NCBI GenBank assembly: GCA_028023455.1
Contig: JAQFVV010000003.1
Coordinates: 18,972,001 to 19,036,000 of the forward strand
DNA length: 64,000 bases
Source: Epiperipatus broadwayi
Taxonomy: Eukaryota; Animalia; Onychophora
Direction of reading: 5' to 3'
Each line of letters begins with the position of its first letter. The first letter of the stretch is position 1. The position numbers and the translations under genes were made by a program. A model generated the notes under the pieces. That model was not told the DNA's origin and did no database searches. It saw only the letters and a program-made list of their open reading frames with translations. This document shows positions 40,073 to 55,289 of this stretch, piece by piece.

Positions 40073-40510
40073 AGACATTTAAGTAGGGCTTGCGAGAGGG
40101 TGGTATATATATATTTGATTTCATAGTTTATTTAAATTAAAGGATTTGATTGAAGCTAGAATTAAATTTTAAAATCGATATTTAATATAAATATTTAGAG
40201 AAAATAGAATTAGTTCAATTTTGAGACACATTTTAGAAAGTAGCAGTCATGAAAATTTGATAGTAACATATTTAAGTTGAGGTACTTACTTTCATAAATA
40301 CAGAACAGTGGGCAGATCAAATTTCAAATATTTTGATATATATAAAAGACGTTCAAAATATTTCAATGTTTTAAGCAATGCGTGCACAAGAGAGTATATA
40401 TATATTCGGTTTCATAGTTTATTTCAATTCAAGTAAAGATAGAATTAAATTTTAAAATTGACATTTAATACATTTAGAGAAAATAGAATTGATTCAATTT
40501 TGAGACACGT
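40073..40510 (+). repeat. Diverged direct repeat pair (~140-160 bp) upstream of the helicase remnant
   Basis: tatatatatatt..gtttcatagtttattt..tagaattaaattttaaaat..atttagagaaaatagaatt..ttcaattttgagacac occurs near 40105-40230 and 40395-40508. Confidence 0.7.
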
Positions 40511-40551
40511 TATTCCAGCAGGATTGTCAAACAAATTGGAAATCTTTGTAA

Positions 40552-41031
40552 GTGCAAAAGTTATGCTATGATACAATGTTGATATTTTCAAAAGAATTGG
40601 TAAATGGATATATTGGATTTATCACTAACATTGTGTGGCTCCAATTTCATCGACCACAGATCTGTGAGTCAAGCATACCTCCAGTTGATTTTGGCAAACA
40701 TGGAATACATATGATACTACCAAAAGCAATCCAATTCCCAGTTAAATTTGGCTATAGAACAACTGAAAGAATAATGCATCCATTGATCCTTTCATGGGCA
40801 TCGACCATACATAAAATACAAGCTTATACTGTAGAAAATGCAGTTGTATACTTGGGACCAAAGCTTTTTGAAAAAAGACAAGTATATATTGCATTGAGTC
40901 ATGTAAAATCCTTGAATAGTCTTAGAGTAGAACAATTGGAATGCTCAAAATTGATTGGAAAAAGACCTTGCAATAAGGAAGCATCGGCAGAAATACATAG
41001 AATGAGAAATAAATCAGTACATATTGAATAA
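40552..41031 (+). pseudogene. Helitron-type PIF1-family helicase C-terminal remnant
   Basis: HPLILSWASTIHKIQAYTV and QVYIALSHVKSL correspond to the SF1 helicase motifs FPL.LAWA.TIHKSQG.T and GQ.YVALSRV, with key residues decayed. The N-terminus is missing. Confidence 0.85.
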
Positions 41032-42269
41032 AAGGCACAAATATTACATCAAAACAACATTCATATTTTTAGTATTCTAATTTTTTGAAATTTTCAAATA
41101 TCAATATGAAACAATTTTTTTAATAATAATAATAATAATAAATGATTTTTTTTAAAAAAGATTTTAGAATATTTTATAGATCATTTTACAAAATTGAATT
41201 AATATATTGTAACAGAATGGGCCCTAGTCTTGCAGGACAGTAGACTTGATAAACCATCAGAGTGGATGAGAAAACATATTTAGAATTCCTAAACTTCTAG
41301 ACTCATATCCACTCCGATCTCACTTCTAGGAGATGATGTATTAACACACGAACATACATTAAATATATACATGTATACTCATCTTTTTTTTCCATCCTTA
41401 ACTTCCATTTATCTCTGAATTCGAGCTTAGAAAGAATACACATAATATTCTACTTCATGGAATATTAATATTACTATCTTTATTGTGCAAGCATGTGATA
41501 AATTGATAGATGAATAAAGAAAAACACAATGAAATCACGTTTTACACATTTATTCACAATTATTACAATTTATGCAATAAGAGATTATAACAAAAGCAAT
41601 TAATCTGCTTAGATATTTATAACTATTCTTTGATTAGTACAGTTAATACTTATTAATCCAATTCCTCTTTTCCCCTCAGAGAATAATAATTCAATATCAA
41701 TGGTAAAAAAAAATAATTAAAACTTGTTATTATTTATATATACATTTGCTTGCTAATTTAGACTTTAGTAAAATCATAATTCATTGTTTCCAACATGTTT
41801 ATTAATTAATTCATACTAACAATATGGTGGTGGTATGGGATCTCCTCCTTCTATTATGATTTGTTTCTACAAATGATAGGAAAGACCATTCAGCTAGAAA
41901 TTATTAATCATATATATCGAAAGAAACAAATAAATGACAAAATGATTAGTATCAACAAACAAACAACAGTGTACTGTAGAAGTGTTGGTATTTAATGTGT
42001 TAAGAATATAAAATCTTACTTCTAACCTGGTGATGATTAAATTCATCTGCAAGCAAGTTCACGTCTGACCCTATATTTTATTTCAATTTAAAAATAAAGC
42101 TAATAATGTTTTTCCTTTTCTAACATATAAAGAATTTATACTCCCTTCAACCTATGGTAAAGGAAAGAAAGTAAAATATATAGATACATATAACAGTAAC
42201 ATGACATGAATCTAAGATAAATTAAGAGTCTATGAAGGAAAATGTCCTAAAAGAATTATATATGTCATT

Positions 42270-42900
42270 GCTACAGTTCAAGATCCAATTGGTGGGGTTC
42301 AAATGTTCTAGAACATAAATGATGGTGATTAGAATTTCTTCTGTGTAGCATGCCTTGAGATGTTAAATTTACAGCTTCACATCCAAGTAGTAAAGTTGGT
42401 AATGCTTTCAGCATAGATGAGTATATTGAATCAAATTTGGTTTTGGCAGTTACAGCTCCATGGATGACGAATCTCTTCCATAGGGTAACTTCACACTTAG
42501 CAGCACATGGTTGTCTGTATCTTTATATATGTAGTTGATCAGAGTTCTTGAGTTTGTTGAATAGCAAAGTATTGGCTGTTGAGAATCTCAAGTTAATATT
42601 GATCTAACTCTTCGGTCAAGATGAAAATACTCTTGAAAGATAAAGCTTTTTCTGGGATTTATAATTTAAAATCCCTTAGTTTGCTGGGTTTAAATCTGTA
42701 CACTTTTATTCTAGCTTTTATCCGTATTCAATAAGATATTGTAGTTTAAGGTTTTTACTTTGATGACTGCAGATGTTTCTATTTGAACGACAAGTTCAAT
42801 TTCACAAAGTAAATGTGTTGGTTAGCCGACAAGAGTTTTTGAGAAGGTTGTTTGTATATATATTTTGCCGATCACCAAAGTGAGGTTGTTCTTTTTAGTA
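42270..42900 (-). mobile_element. Probable Gypsy LTR-retrotransposon 5' remnant (LTR end, PBS, gag N-terminus)
   Basis: Minus strand acctca-ctt-TGGTGATCGGC (42867-42877) resembles an LTR end plus PBS. The downstream frame LWKRFVIHGAVTAKTKFDSIYSS resembles Gypsy gag LW...F..GIT..TKFD.V..SL. Confidence 0.45.
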
Positions 42901-43442
42901 TTAATTTGACTCAAATAGTGAGTTGAGTTCATGCATTGAGTTATTTATTTATATCATGTGTTATGATTTATATATATATGGTAGATTAATAACAATAAAA
43001 TTTTTATTATTTCTTTCCTTTACGTTTTTGTGATTTTCTCATGTCTAAATTTGATCATCTTTTTCTTATATTGTTGTAATATGTGTATATTAAACAATAA
43101 TTAACATGAAGTTTTTATAATAAAGTTAAGTATCAATATTTAAGTTTTACAGTTTAGTTTGGATTATGTATTTTATCACATTTTTGTTAAATATTTAATT
43201 ATAAAAGCAATTAATCATTTCTCAGCTACAATGTTTGTGAAAATTTTCACTTTTCAGAAATATATTTTATCTGGGCCACATTCTCTTTATACATATAACT
43301 TGTGTTAGCCTCTATGTAGAGAATGTTCTTTGGGGTTGGATTAGATAAGGATATTTAATGGTTCTTGGTATCTTACAATATAGATAAATATCTTAAGAAA
43401 AATCTGAAAACTAAAAAGTTAAAAATTATTGGAATAAAATTG

Positions 43443-43719
43443 TTTTTTATATTAAATGCTTTATCATGCACTAAAAAGAAAAAAAATAACTTTCTTCAAC
43501 CACCATTGGAATTTTTAGATTTAACTTGAAATAAAAGCATGGAGGGTTAAAAATTAATTATATCAGTCCTTATTTTTTATAACAAGAGATTGACTTAATT
43601 AATTTCTGAAATCCAATGCTTTTATTTCAAGTTAAATCTAAAAGCCCATATGGTGATTAAAGAAGTAGTTATTTTTTTACTTTTAAGTATTTGATAAATA
43701 AAGCATTTAATATAAAAAA
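43443..43719. repeat. MITE-like inverted repeat (~110-bp imperfect arms)
   Basis: ttttagatttaacttgaaataaaagcat / atgcttttatttcaagttaaatctaaaa, and the outer arms ttttttatattaaatgcttta / taaagcatttaatataaaaaa. Confidence 0.8.
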
Positions 43720-45301
43720 AATTTTTTTGTCTCTATTAGTTTAATTATTAATTTGTTCTTAGCCTAAAAATGGCTTCCCTTCACTTTTCTAGACTGATCA
43801 TCTTTATCCTGTCTTTTTTTCCTTAATCAATTCTTCTTAAAACTTTTTGTTGTATCCTTCTCTTTAGCTTCTTACTACAAAACATCTCTCCAATTTTTTT
43901 TTTCTTTAAAGATATACATAATTCAGTTCATCTATAACTGATCAGATCTATACAAAATGATACATAAATTTTCCAGTGAGAAAAATAGTCATTGTATCAT
44001 TATCACTTTATTTCCTTAAAGATAATTGCTTTATCATATGATAAAGTATTAGATTGCTCATATGAAACTATTAACAATCATTTTTATCTTTTATATATAT
44101 ATATATATTTCCAAACAAATTGTTAAAAGTTTCAAACACTTGATGTTTTGAACCCAAACCAACTTTTTTATATAGTAAAATAGATATGATATTAAGTTAG
44201 CAATTTTATATTTTAGTGATCTCAATTATATGTTAATTGTAGGAACCTTTGGCAAAAATATCTTGTATACAAATAAAGTAACATGTAGTAACTTTGTTTG
44301 ATAGGTATAAATGTATCAGTAGATAATTAAATGAACTTTAAAAAACAAAGCTACGTATAACTTATAATCAAGAATGGAACAAACTTGAAGATCTAATATA
44401 GTGTGACAAGGCACAACATAATCACTTCATGTAGATGTGGATATAAGTATTGACATTGTTCTTTCAGTCAGATTTCATATGTTCTTTATCTATAAAATAG
44501 ATTTTGTATATGAATTAATGTTTTCACTATCTCTTTATTGTCAATTTAATATGATATATATCGCCTTTTTGTATTTTGTAAAGAGATTTTATTTCCAATT
44601 ATTTCAGCTAAACCTGCAGTCTTCATCAGAGATCAGAAAATATTTCGTATTTCATTATGCTATATTTCATAAGAATTTATTCTGCAAATATATTTTAATT
44701 TTTTGTTTTCAAATAATTATATATTAAACACATTTTGCAACAGTCACATTTCAAAAAGCAAACCTTACAATCCTATATGTAAAAAAATAATATCTCTATA
44801 TTCAGTTTTACATATCTATTTACTATACTTATATCAAGTAATAATTTTTAATATAAAACTATAATACATTTTACAATATAATTTTATCATCTTTTTATAA
44901 CAATTATAATCATATCTACTTATATAAAGAGCTGACTGGTCAAATATTTAATGTCTTCTTTTGGATTTTTATGCAATTATGGGTTTTTTTATTAAAAAAA
45001 CCTAATTGATAATTTTTTTTACATTAATCCTTTAGATTTTATATTATTTGCACATCATTTAATTTTTGAACTTTGTCTTTATTAAATTTGCAATTAAGTT
45101 TTAAAATAAATACTTTTTTTAAAATTTATTTTGCCTTTATTTATTTGTTTTATAAATTAATTTCAATATTTTTATTTTCAAATATGTGTCCAGTTTCTTT
45201 ATTATACCTATATTGTTTCAATCTTGTTCTATATGCTGATTACTAGTTGGCAGTGCTTTTAAATAATTTTATATATAAATGAATTTGAAGAAAGTTGTGA
45301 T

Positions 45302-46000
45302 AAAAATAAACCCATGTTTTATAAAAGACATATAGATGATTACATTTCCATATTTAATCAAACAAATATATGAATTGATAAATTTATGAAAAACAATTAA
45401 AATAGAAAAAGAAGTAAAAATCACTATAGAAAAAGAAGACAATAAAATTACTTAGATATATTGATAATTGGAAAATAAAAACAATAGTATATATAGAAAA
45501 CAATAATACACATATAATGAATTGGTTTTATAAATTATTAAAAATCAAAAATAAATAAGCCCTAACATATTGTTGAGATTAGAAACTATGAAAAGAAATA
45601 AATAAATAAAATTATAAGAGTTTAAGTAAATTTCAAATTAATATAATAAATGACAATAAAATAGGAAATTTAATTAAAGAAAAGAAATAGAATAATAATA
45701 AAAACAAAGAAGAAAAATATAATGAATACTTTATAATAAAGTTGAATAATATAAATATCACAAACAAAATAACATCAGATAATTTAAGAAAAGGCATAAA
45801 AATAATAAAAATAAAATAATAATAATAAAAAAGATTTATTAAATAATAAATACATTATAAAAATCAGCAATAAAAATATATATGAAATAACATGAAGATT
45901 ATAAAAAATAAAATATTAATAATTATGTATATATATATATTAGTAAAAGAGGAAATTCAATAAAAATTACTCTTAATATAGATGTGATACAAAATCAGAA
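45302..46000 (+). mobile_element. Ancient, extremely AT-eroded Penelope-like RT plus endonuclease remnant
   Basis: KPMFYKRHIDDYISIF (cf. W.RYVDD), ITIEKEDNKI-LDILI (cf. FT.E.E....LPFLD), SIYRKT (cf. VYRKPT) and NIYEIT (cf. VVYKI.C) occur in the PLE order. Confidence 0.65.
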
Positions 46001-47165
46001 ACTGTATATTTGAAAATAAAAACATCAAAATGATTAACAAAAAAATAAATTATAAAAAGAATTATTTTTAAAAAATGATTTCAAATTTAATAATTAGATA
46101 AAAGTCAAAAATTAAATAATGTGTGACTAATATAATGTTAATTAAATAAAATTTTAAAAATAAAAAAAATGAATTGGTTTTGTTGTAAAAAAAGTGATAA
46201 AATGTAAATATATATATATAGTGATGTTATAATGTTTTATATTAAAAATAGTTATAGAGGTATGAATTATTTATTTTATAAATATTTTTTTTTTAAGATT
46301 TGTTTTTTGAAATTTATTGTTACAAAATATGTTTTAAATACAATTGTAATCATTTAAACCCCATTTATAGTTGATATTTTTTATATATTGTTACAAAAAT
46401 AATACAGTAAAATATAAACTATTTACATATCTTTGTGGTTTATAGGTTCAGCTGAAACAATTGGAAATAAGATAAAATTGCTTTAAAACAATGCACATGA
46501 ACATCAAACATATTGCCCATATCCAGTTTTATAGTACTACTTTTTTTTTTTACTCAAAGAGATATAGTCTGAATTCGAAAGAAAGTTATTTTTCATTATT
46601 TTAGAAAAAGTGAAAACTTTATAAAGCAACAATTTTATAGAAAATGGTCTGCAACATTGTTTATAACAGTGATAGCGTCATGTGTAGATGAGAGTCAGCA
46701 CACTTAAGATTGATTATTTTGACAGCAATTGTAATTAATTTTTTTAATTATAAAATAAAAAGAATTTGAAGTATTCCAATAATAAAGCCAAACCTAATTT
46801 GTTTTTGATATTTTGGACTTAAATTATTATTTTCCAGTGCAAAACACAATTTAATAATTGTTCTGTTATATATATGTTAGTTGGTGGAAGTATTTTAGTA
46901 AATTAATAAAAAAAGTAGTTTGAGAAGAAATTGGGATAGAATATAAACATTTAGTAATAAATAAAACTGATAATTTTGTCTTATTTGACTTGAGTGTAGC
47001 CAGATTTTATATTAAAGAAGTACTATAGTGTTTGGATGGAAAATCTTATGATTTTTTTGATATGATAGTTTTGTTGATTTTCTGTTTTTAATATGAATTT
47101 ACGAACAAAATTAATGATATAGTATGTTTTTGCTCTGCTAAAACTTATACACTTATGTTTTGCAG

Positions 47166-47284
47166 AATATGTCAAAAAATATGCAACTGAAGAGGCACTC
47201 CGAGAACAGGAAGCAGTATCGTCCAGCAGCGAGAGTTCTATGAGCGACTTCTCTGAAGATGAAGCGCAAGATATGGAACTATAA
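47166..47284 (+). CDS. UBE2H: UBE2H last coding exon: [39 protein letters not shown]
   Basis: ttttgcag acceptor ends at 47165 and the TAA stop is at 47282-47284. The acidic tail [19 protein letters not shown] is characteristic of UBE2H, and the phase-1 junction with the previous exon gives GAA (Glu). Confidence 0.96.
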
Positions 47285-50200
47285 CAGTGAACAGATTTAC
47301 TAGAAGCTTTTTAATGTAAATTATGATGAGGTTTTAGTTTAATTGGACTCCTACTGCAACACAAGTTTATTTAGATATGCAAAATTATACATTTGTTTTT
47401 GATAATAATAAAAATTATATGCAGATTTTGTTATTCTGCCTATTTTCTCAGCAGATTAAGACAAATAGAGGGAGGGGGGCATAATTGCAGTCAATCCTTA
47501 GATAAAATTAAAATTTTAATCACTGAAACAAAAACTTATTTTAAATAAATAAGACTGCAAATTAAATTATTGTAGCAAAAAAAAAAAAAAAACTTGTTTG
47601 TAAGTAGTGAGTCAGTTTAACAATTACCTCCAAAAAATATTTTATTTAAAAGAAATTGTTGTCATATATATATATATAAATATGCATATATATATGTGTG
47701 TGAATATGTTTTATATATAAATATAAAAATATACAAAAAAATAATAAATAAATAAAAAAAATGAATAAATAATAACCTCATGGACATAATTAGACTACAT
47801 AGCATATATACACACTTTAAAAAATATAACCTGTCTTGGTTCCTACTTTTTTTAAAAAACAATAATAATTATAATCCAATTGTTGTTGGACATAGCATGG
47901 TTATTTTATTTTTTTTTCTTTCAGAGTTTTAGTCTAATTGGTACGCGGGGATTAAAGAAATAATTTTTTTCTAGTTAATCCAATATATATTGAATTTTAT
48001 TAATATTATTATTACTCAAGAATCAACAAAGGTAAAAAAAAAAAACATAATTGATGAATTCTTGTAATTATTTTTTTTTAAGAAAAAAAAAATTATATAT
48101 ATAAAAAAAAATAAATGTAATAATTTTCATTCTTGATGGATAGTTTAAAAAATTTTACTTGTACAGTCTTTATTTTTGTAAAAAAAAAAAAAAAAAGAAA
48201 TATATATATATCTTTTTTTCTTATATGCATATCTGATCCCACAAAAAAAAATATATATATATAAATAAAATGATATGGTAATTTAATATTTTTTTTATAT
48301 CATTGTGGGATAAAAAGTGTAGGAAAAAAAAAATCATTTGATCTTTTCCTATCAATGCAATAAATCACATCATTTTTTTTTCTCTTTGCATTATGGAGAA
48401 CAATTTCTTACCGGTGATATTTTCCCAATTTTATCTTTCCCATTACCTTCCATACATAAATTATCTATTGCATGATTAAACCACAAGCAAATGCAGTAAT
48501 ACAAACTTCTTTAATGATATTTCTTTGCTTGAATAATTTTAATAATGAAAGTACATATATATATATCTTTTATCCCTATTCATATGGAAGGTAATTGGAC
48601 AATCATTTATGTCTTTCATCCTTGCCACATTCAAAAGAGAATTAAAAATAAGTTGTTGTAAATTACTATGAAGATGGAAAAAAAAGAATTGAAGTGTGGT
48701 AAATGGAATTTTTCAAGTCATTAGACTCACTACTGTTTTAATCCTATCACTCATCTCATTTTTTATTTTGTACCGAGCGGTGGTATGGTAGCTTTTACAC
48801 TGTAAATCATGCCCGATTGTACATATAGTACTTTTTTTTTAAGTAAAATTATTAAAATAATCATATGTGTTATAAAAGTTGATCTTAACTTTATACTGTC
48901 TTGTGTGATTATTTTTCCTTCTTCCCCATTACAGTTCAGTCAGTTCCAAATTTTTCAGAACTGCTAAATGGTTTTTAAAAGTATCTTTTTTTTTTTTATT
49001 ATACAAAAAATTGTAAGCTTATGATCATATAATTTTAAAAAAAAAAAATTTTTTTTTTTTTGCTGAAAATTAAAAAAAAAAAAATGACACTTCAAATCAT
49101 TTGGCAGTTTCAATAAACTTATATAATTCTGCGATAACAATTACATAGTGCAATATGAATTCTTAATTTATAAATATGTTATAATATGTTATATTTTTTT
49201 TAACAAGGATGATTATCTTTTGTTTATACCAGTCATTTCCAAACTGATATTCCATTTTTTTAATTATTTTTTTTAAAAAAGCTATTCCAATATTCAATTA
49301 ATATTTTTTAATAAATTTTTTGTTTGTATTTTATAAAATAAAAGTGTTTGCTGATGTAATAATTTTCAATTTCAAAAGCAAGTCCAAAAGAAAAAAATGT
49401 TGCATATGTTTTCTAATTTTTTTTCTTGAACTGAAATATTCTGTGAGAAAAAGTTTGAAAAATGCTGGTTCACTTGTTTGTATTAATTTCTTTCTTTTTT
49501 TAAATTAATATATATTTTTAATAGATGCTTAATAACTTTCGACCATTTTGCAATTTTTTTTTTTATACAGTGGTTCGTTTAGTTATTATTATTTTATAAA
49601 TTTCATATAATAGTAAAAAAAGTATATATATATATGTTAAAAAAATTGGAGATATTAAAATTATTTTTAATACAATTAAAAATTGTATTTTCTATATATT
49701 AGAAAGTGTATTTTCTTATATATTAGAAAATGTAATTTTTTCCCCTTGGAATGTTATTATTATTATTTTAAAATTTAATTACAGGTTATTATAAAATGTT
49801 AATTTCTGGTTGAGGTCTTGAAAATTACTGGTGATATAATTTTTTTTTTATTGTGTGTATTTTAGCTTAATTAAAAAAAATTATGACATTTTAATATTTT
49901 ACATCACACTGATAAATTTTAAACTCTTCCCTTCCTCAGAAATCAAATATTGCATATATATCACGTTAATGGAAAAAAAAAAAAAATTATATATATATAT
50001 TATTAACAAAATTATTTTTATTGTTGATGCATTTCCTATATTAAAATTTTTTCAAAAAAATAAAAAAGTATTACATATGTAATTTAAATTTTCTTAAAAC
50101 TTCAAATAATCCTAATAGTAGAGATAACTGTTTTAGTTATTTTAATAAACTGTAAATATTTTTGAAAAAAAAATGAAAAATTTTTATTATATATTTTAAG

Positions 50201-50300
50201 TCTCCTATTTTTTCTTCTTTTTTTAAAATAAAATAACTACAAAAAAGATCAGAAAAAAAATATATATATTCAAATATATTTATTTATTTTTTCTTAAATT
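47285..50300 (+). other. UBE2H: Probable UBE2H 3' UTR (right end uncertain)
   Basis: Follows the stop codon. About 3 kb of A/T-run-rich sequence in which I recognise no transposon fragment, with several AATAAA hexamers. The cleavage site cannot be fixed from sequence alone. Confidence 0.4.
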
Positions 50301-53300
50301 ATTCTCAATAGAATAAAAAGTCTGTTCAGTATCTTTGTACTTTTACATTTTTTTAATATTTATATGAATTCAAAACATGAATGTAAATATATTTTCATAT
50401 TTTATTAATCTTATATACTCCAAAGTTTTCAATAGTTCTATATATATATGTTAAATATTACTTCATTAATCAATAATGCCATATGTTGTATTTTATATGC
50501 AAATTTATTATCAATGAAATTCTATGGCAGGAAAGATAGTTAATTCATATATCTATACAAAGAGTTTACTCTATTTTGAATGAGAAAATGCAATTTCGAA
50601 AATTCAAATATAGTTGAAATAGAAAATAATTGATGTTATTATAACAGTATAAATAGCATATTTATATAATCATAAAATATATTAAAACTAAAATACAGGT
50701 GTTGGGGATTAGCAGCAATCATTGGTGAATCATGAAAAAAATAGCAAAGATGAATTCAGATGTTTATATTGTGCCACTTCAAATTTTAATAATTTTTAAG
50801 ATTTATTTTATCTGAAAACTTAATGAAGTGTTTTTCTGCAGTAATTTTGTCATGCATATGAATTTCTTCATCACTAAGATCATTTGACGTTATTGAACAT
50901 CTTTGTGGGGGTACATCATATTGCTTGTTATTTATCAAGTAGTCATTTATTTGCTTGAATTTACTTAGAAATTTAATTCTAATGCTATTTGTACATTCCT
51001 TGAGCAGAAGTTACTGCATGTTTTTAGTTTAAATCTACTTTATTTAATAACTGCAATAACTAAGCTTTTAAAAATTGTTACTTGTATTAGAGGCAAATTG
51101 TAAAACGGGATGTCTGCAGTTAAATGATAACTTCCCCAGCATTGGTGAATAATGCATTATATTATAGGTTTTTTTTGTTTGTTTGTTTTTTTATGTTCAA
51201 GACCTTGATAGCTATCTGACCAATCTTGACTATTTTAAATTCTTAACTCTCACTTTATATGCAAAATATCTTTTATAAAAGTGTTAGGATTGCATCCAAT
51301 CATTAATCCTGTTATATTTAAAATCAAATTTGGAATTGGCTGCCATTAAACTAGTAGACATTAATGCAACTGTTTGAATCTCCAGAATAGCTTTCTTTTA
51401 TATAGAAAGTAGTAGTCAGAATTTGCAAATAAATATTAGTTTGTTGGGGTTTTTTTGGCCAAACAAATTAGTAAATAATAAAAGATATATAATAAAGAAT
51501 GCTAATATATAATGCAAAGTAAATCAATTATGCATTTTTGGAAATCTTTCAGAATTGGAAGAAAAATTTGTGATTGGTTTCACTGTCTTTTGATTAAGTC
51601 AGAGCAAACCCAGTGAACAGCAGGAACTTGGGATTTTTCAGACTATCTTTCATAATCTTCATGCACTATTTTTGTACTTTATGTAGTGGATACTAAATAA
51701 CAAGAACAGAGCATTTCATGACTCTTGATTGACTTACATCAAATAATAAAAGGCAGTCACTGAATTGAGCTATATAAAACATGTTGGTCAAGACAAGAAC
51801 TATCTACCATCAATTAATTGATTACTCAATATTTCATAGGAATTGATACTATATTACATGAAATTGCAATATCTATAATTTTTTAAATGAAGAAAACACA
51901 CAAATCAGTAAGCATAATCTAACTTGTAAAAATATGTTCTTAACCAGTTACATCTACTGTCTGATCATGATTTTTGATTGCTCATCACAAATCATAATTC
52001 TGAAAATTCATCAGATTCTGAAAACGTAATATAAAACAAGAAATGCTATTGTTTTGTTCTTGAATGTAAATGCTATTTTCGATAATAGAGAATAATTTTG
52101 TGGAAATTATGCAACATTTGAGTTTCTAAATGGTAGGTAGAATATAAAAGTTACATTCAGTTGATCAAACTAAGATTTTATTTTTTTTTCTTAGCTGAGA
52201 ATTTGCTCAAGAATCTTTAGTAATTGATTTCAGCACTATTCTAAATCATTTGAATACTCATTTTTATTTGCTAAATCTGAAAGCAAACCAAAGATAGATC
52301 CAGATGACAAAAAAAATTCATTAAATACAAACATAATTAATATAAAGGAGATATAAACACCAGAAATGATGACAAAATGGAAAGCAAAATTTTATATGTA
52401 AATTTTCCTAAATAATACTAAATTTAAGCACTCTGACATTTATGAATAAAAATTACACAATAGTTCTACTGGCATGTATTAAATTTTTAGTAATCAATTT
52501 AATTCATGAATTATTGCATTGTTATGTCTTCTAAGGAGTTATAATCAGTAACCAAATGGTTCTGTGTGCATGGGTAGTATGCACTTTTATGAGTTGGATA
52601 GGACTTGCTGATTATGCATTTATTTTAATAAAGTATAGATTATCATATGTTTTCATATTTTTATATTAATTAGAATTTGTATTTATTATGTCATATTTGT
52701 TAATTGAAGTTTCATAAGGATATTTAAATGTATCTTGAGTAAGTTTAATTTGTCTTTGATTGTACTTCCAGATTTAGCATGCTTAATGATTTAATTATTC
52801 TAGCATTTGCACTATAATAGTTCTGGTGATTAGATTCTCATTGACCACTTATGGATTGTGCTTTACTATGACTATCAAAAAATTAAGTTAAATTATGAAA
52901 TATTCGTCATGCAAAATTTCATGTTTTTACAAGTTAGATGAAGTATTCTAATTATACAAATATTTTATGTCTTTTAAAAAACTATGCATGTCACAATTTC
53001 AATATTATATTTATATTATATTTGTCTTTATTATATTTATCCAGATGTTTGTGGCAAAAAAGGAAATTTTCTGATAACTAGAATCTTTTTAATTCTTCAT
53101 CAAAACATTTTAAGATTCAAATTGACAAAATTTCTAATATTTACTCAATATATCTTTTTATTAGTGTTGAGGTGGTTAAATTCTTGATATTTAGTCCTTA
53201 TATGTTTTTATTGTTGTATTTGTGTGATGATTGTTCATATTATGCTGATTTCTTTAGTATTCATCTCCGAGTTAATGATTAAGAAAACATGGTTTTTTGC

Positions 53301-55289
53301 GAAAGAAGAATAAATGTATATATTTATTTATCAATAAAAATATGTTACATATCCAGATGATGCATAGACATTAGCCATGTAAGCAGTTGGCAACCAAAAT
53401 AAAAAAAGATGATAGGCTGCTATTTGATGATTTGTACTTAATCATTTACAAATGTTGATCATTTTGAGATTAAGAAAGATTACATGAATTGGAAAAGTTT
53501 CTCAATTTAAATGTGATATTGTCAGCAGAAATATACATGATTTAAAAAGGACATTTGCTATTAAATTACGAATATTAGAAATATAAATAAAGTGGATTCA
53601 TTATATGTAAAAACTGGAAGAACATTTTGAAGATGTATTGGATTAACTGACAATATTAATTATACAACTTATAGGATGCTAGAAAATGTAAAAAAAAATC
53701 AGGTTTGTGAACTAATTAGTTCTCATTCTGATGAAGAAATAGATATTTTTTATAAATGTACTGAATACTTTTGAAAAGATCAAATATTTTAAAATTGCCA
53801 TGATAGATTTTAAGTTAAAATTGCAAAACTGATTGTTAATTTGGATATGAAGACAGAAATAAGAAAGAATATATTTTTTTTCTTAGAAATATTCAAAGAG
53901 GAAATGATATGGAAAAATTAGAATGACTATCATTGGATTACATTATGCTTAGTACAATATATATATATATATATAAAGATTGTAATGTACTTAATAGATT
54001 CACATAGAATCTGATTACTAAAATATCAATAAGAAAATAATTTACTAAAAAAACTGCAAATAAAAGGAATAAAAAAAATAACTAGTCAAGAAAGAAAACA
54101 ATGAAAGTTAAAAAAATTATTCAAATAATTAATATGATCCATTAAAATAATTGATTATCTAAAATTCAATAAAATGGATGGAAAAGAGTAGAGGATTTTA
54201 AATATTCCTTTGCAAGGTAAAATATAGACATCATCTAGGTATTAAGATTTATCAAAAAGATATCATAGGTTATTAAAAGCAGGAAAGACAATGAAGTTTG
54301 TGTAAGAATTCTACAAAGTAACAAAGAACAGCTAGTATAAAATTGACATCAATTTTAAATGAAGAGATGAGTGTAATTAAATTTAACAAGGAAGAAAAAC
54401 CTCCAATAATTGATTGGATCATGAAAAATACTTTAAAACAAGCAGAATGATAAACTAGAGAAATTGTTGGCAAAGCTATACACAAAATGATTTGATGATG
54501 AGGATATACTAAATGATGAAAAATGCAAGAGATACTGATATTTAAGAAAAGGAAAAAAAAACATTAGGAATTACATTCATCAAAGAAAAAACTAGCTGAA
54601 TATAATAGCAGTATATAACTGTAGATATAAATTTGATTATAAATATTTTTGCTGAGCCGCTTTGAAAAATTACATGGTATAGATCTAATTGGAGTGATAT
54701 ATAAAAAACCTGGATCAGCAGTACTAGCATTAATTTTGAGAGTCAATCATACAATGGATTAATAATGATGAAAATAATGGTGATACCCAGAAAATGGAAA
54801 AATAATGGGTACATGTCATGTTGGTACTATATTTTTGACATCGTGTGAAATATTTGTCAATATAATGTTTTTAAAAATTATAGAACCATAAGGAAATGAT
54901 AAGTATCTAATAATGATGTCTACTTCATAAGCTTGCAAAAAAAAAGATGAACATATTGATTAAAAAATGGTCATTATTGATTCTTAAGTATTAGTTTTAA
55001 TATTTAAAAAAACATGTTCAAAAGATGATGATTGTATTTCTAAAAATGAAACGAACCCTAATTTACCAGAATTGGAAGTTACTATTTGTTGAATGAGATT
55101 GATGGAATTCATGAAGCAGAAATTACACACATTAGGACAGTTTAATATCTATGAATATGTCAATTTCCCAAGCAGATCATTTACTCCCAAACAAATTCAA
55201 ATACTGACTGATTTTTTTACTAAATTTTAAAGAAATGAATTGGAAAAAATATTAAGTTAAATCAAAGTATATTCACCTAATTTTAAGAA

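Noticed and set aside
48818-48825. TGTACATA Pumilio element in the putative 3' UTR
   Set aside because: Such AT-rich 8-mers are expected by chance at this base composition; it needs conservation evidence.
53400-55250. Possible second decayed hAT transposase
   Set aside because: Purine-rich with hints of coding origin, but no convincing motif, TIR or TSD was found.
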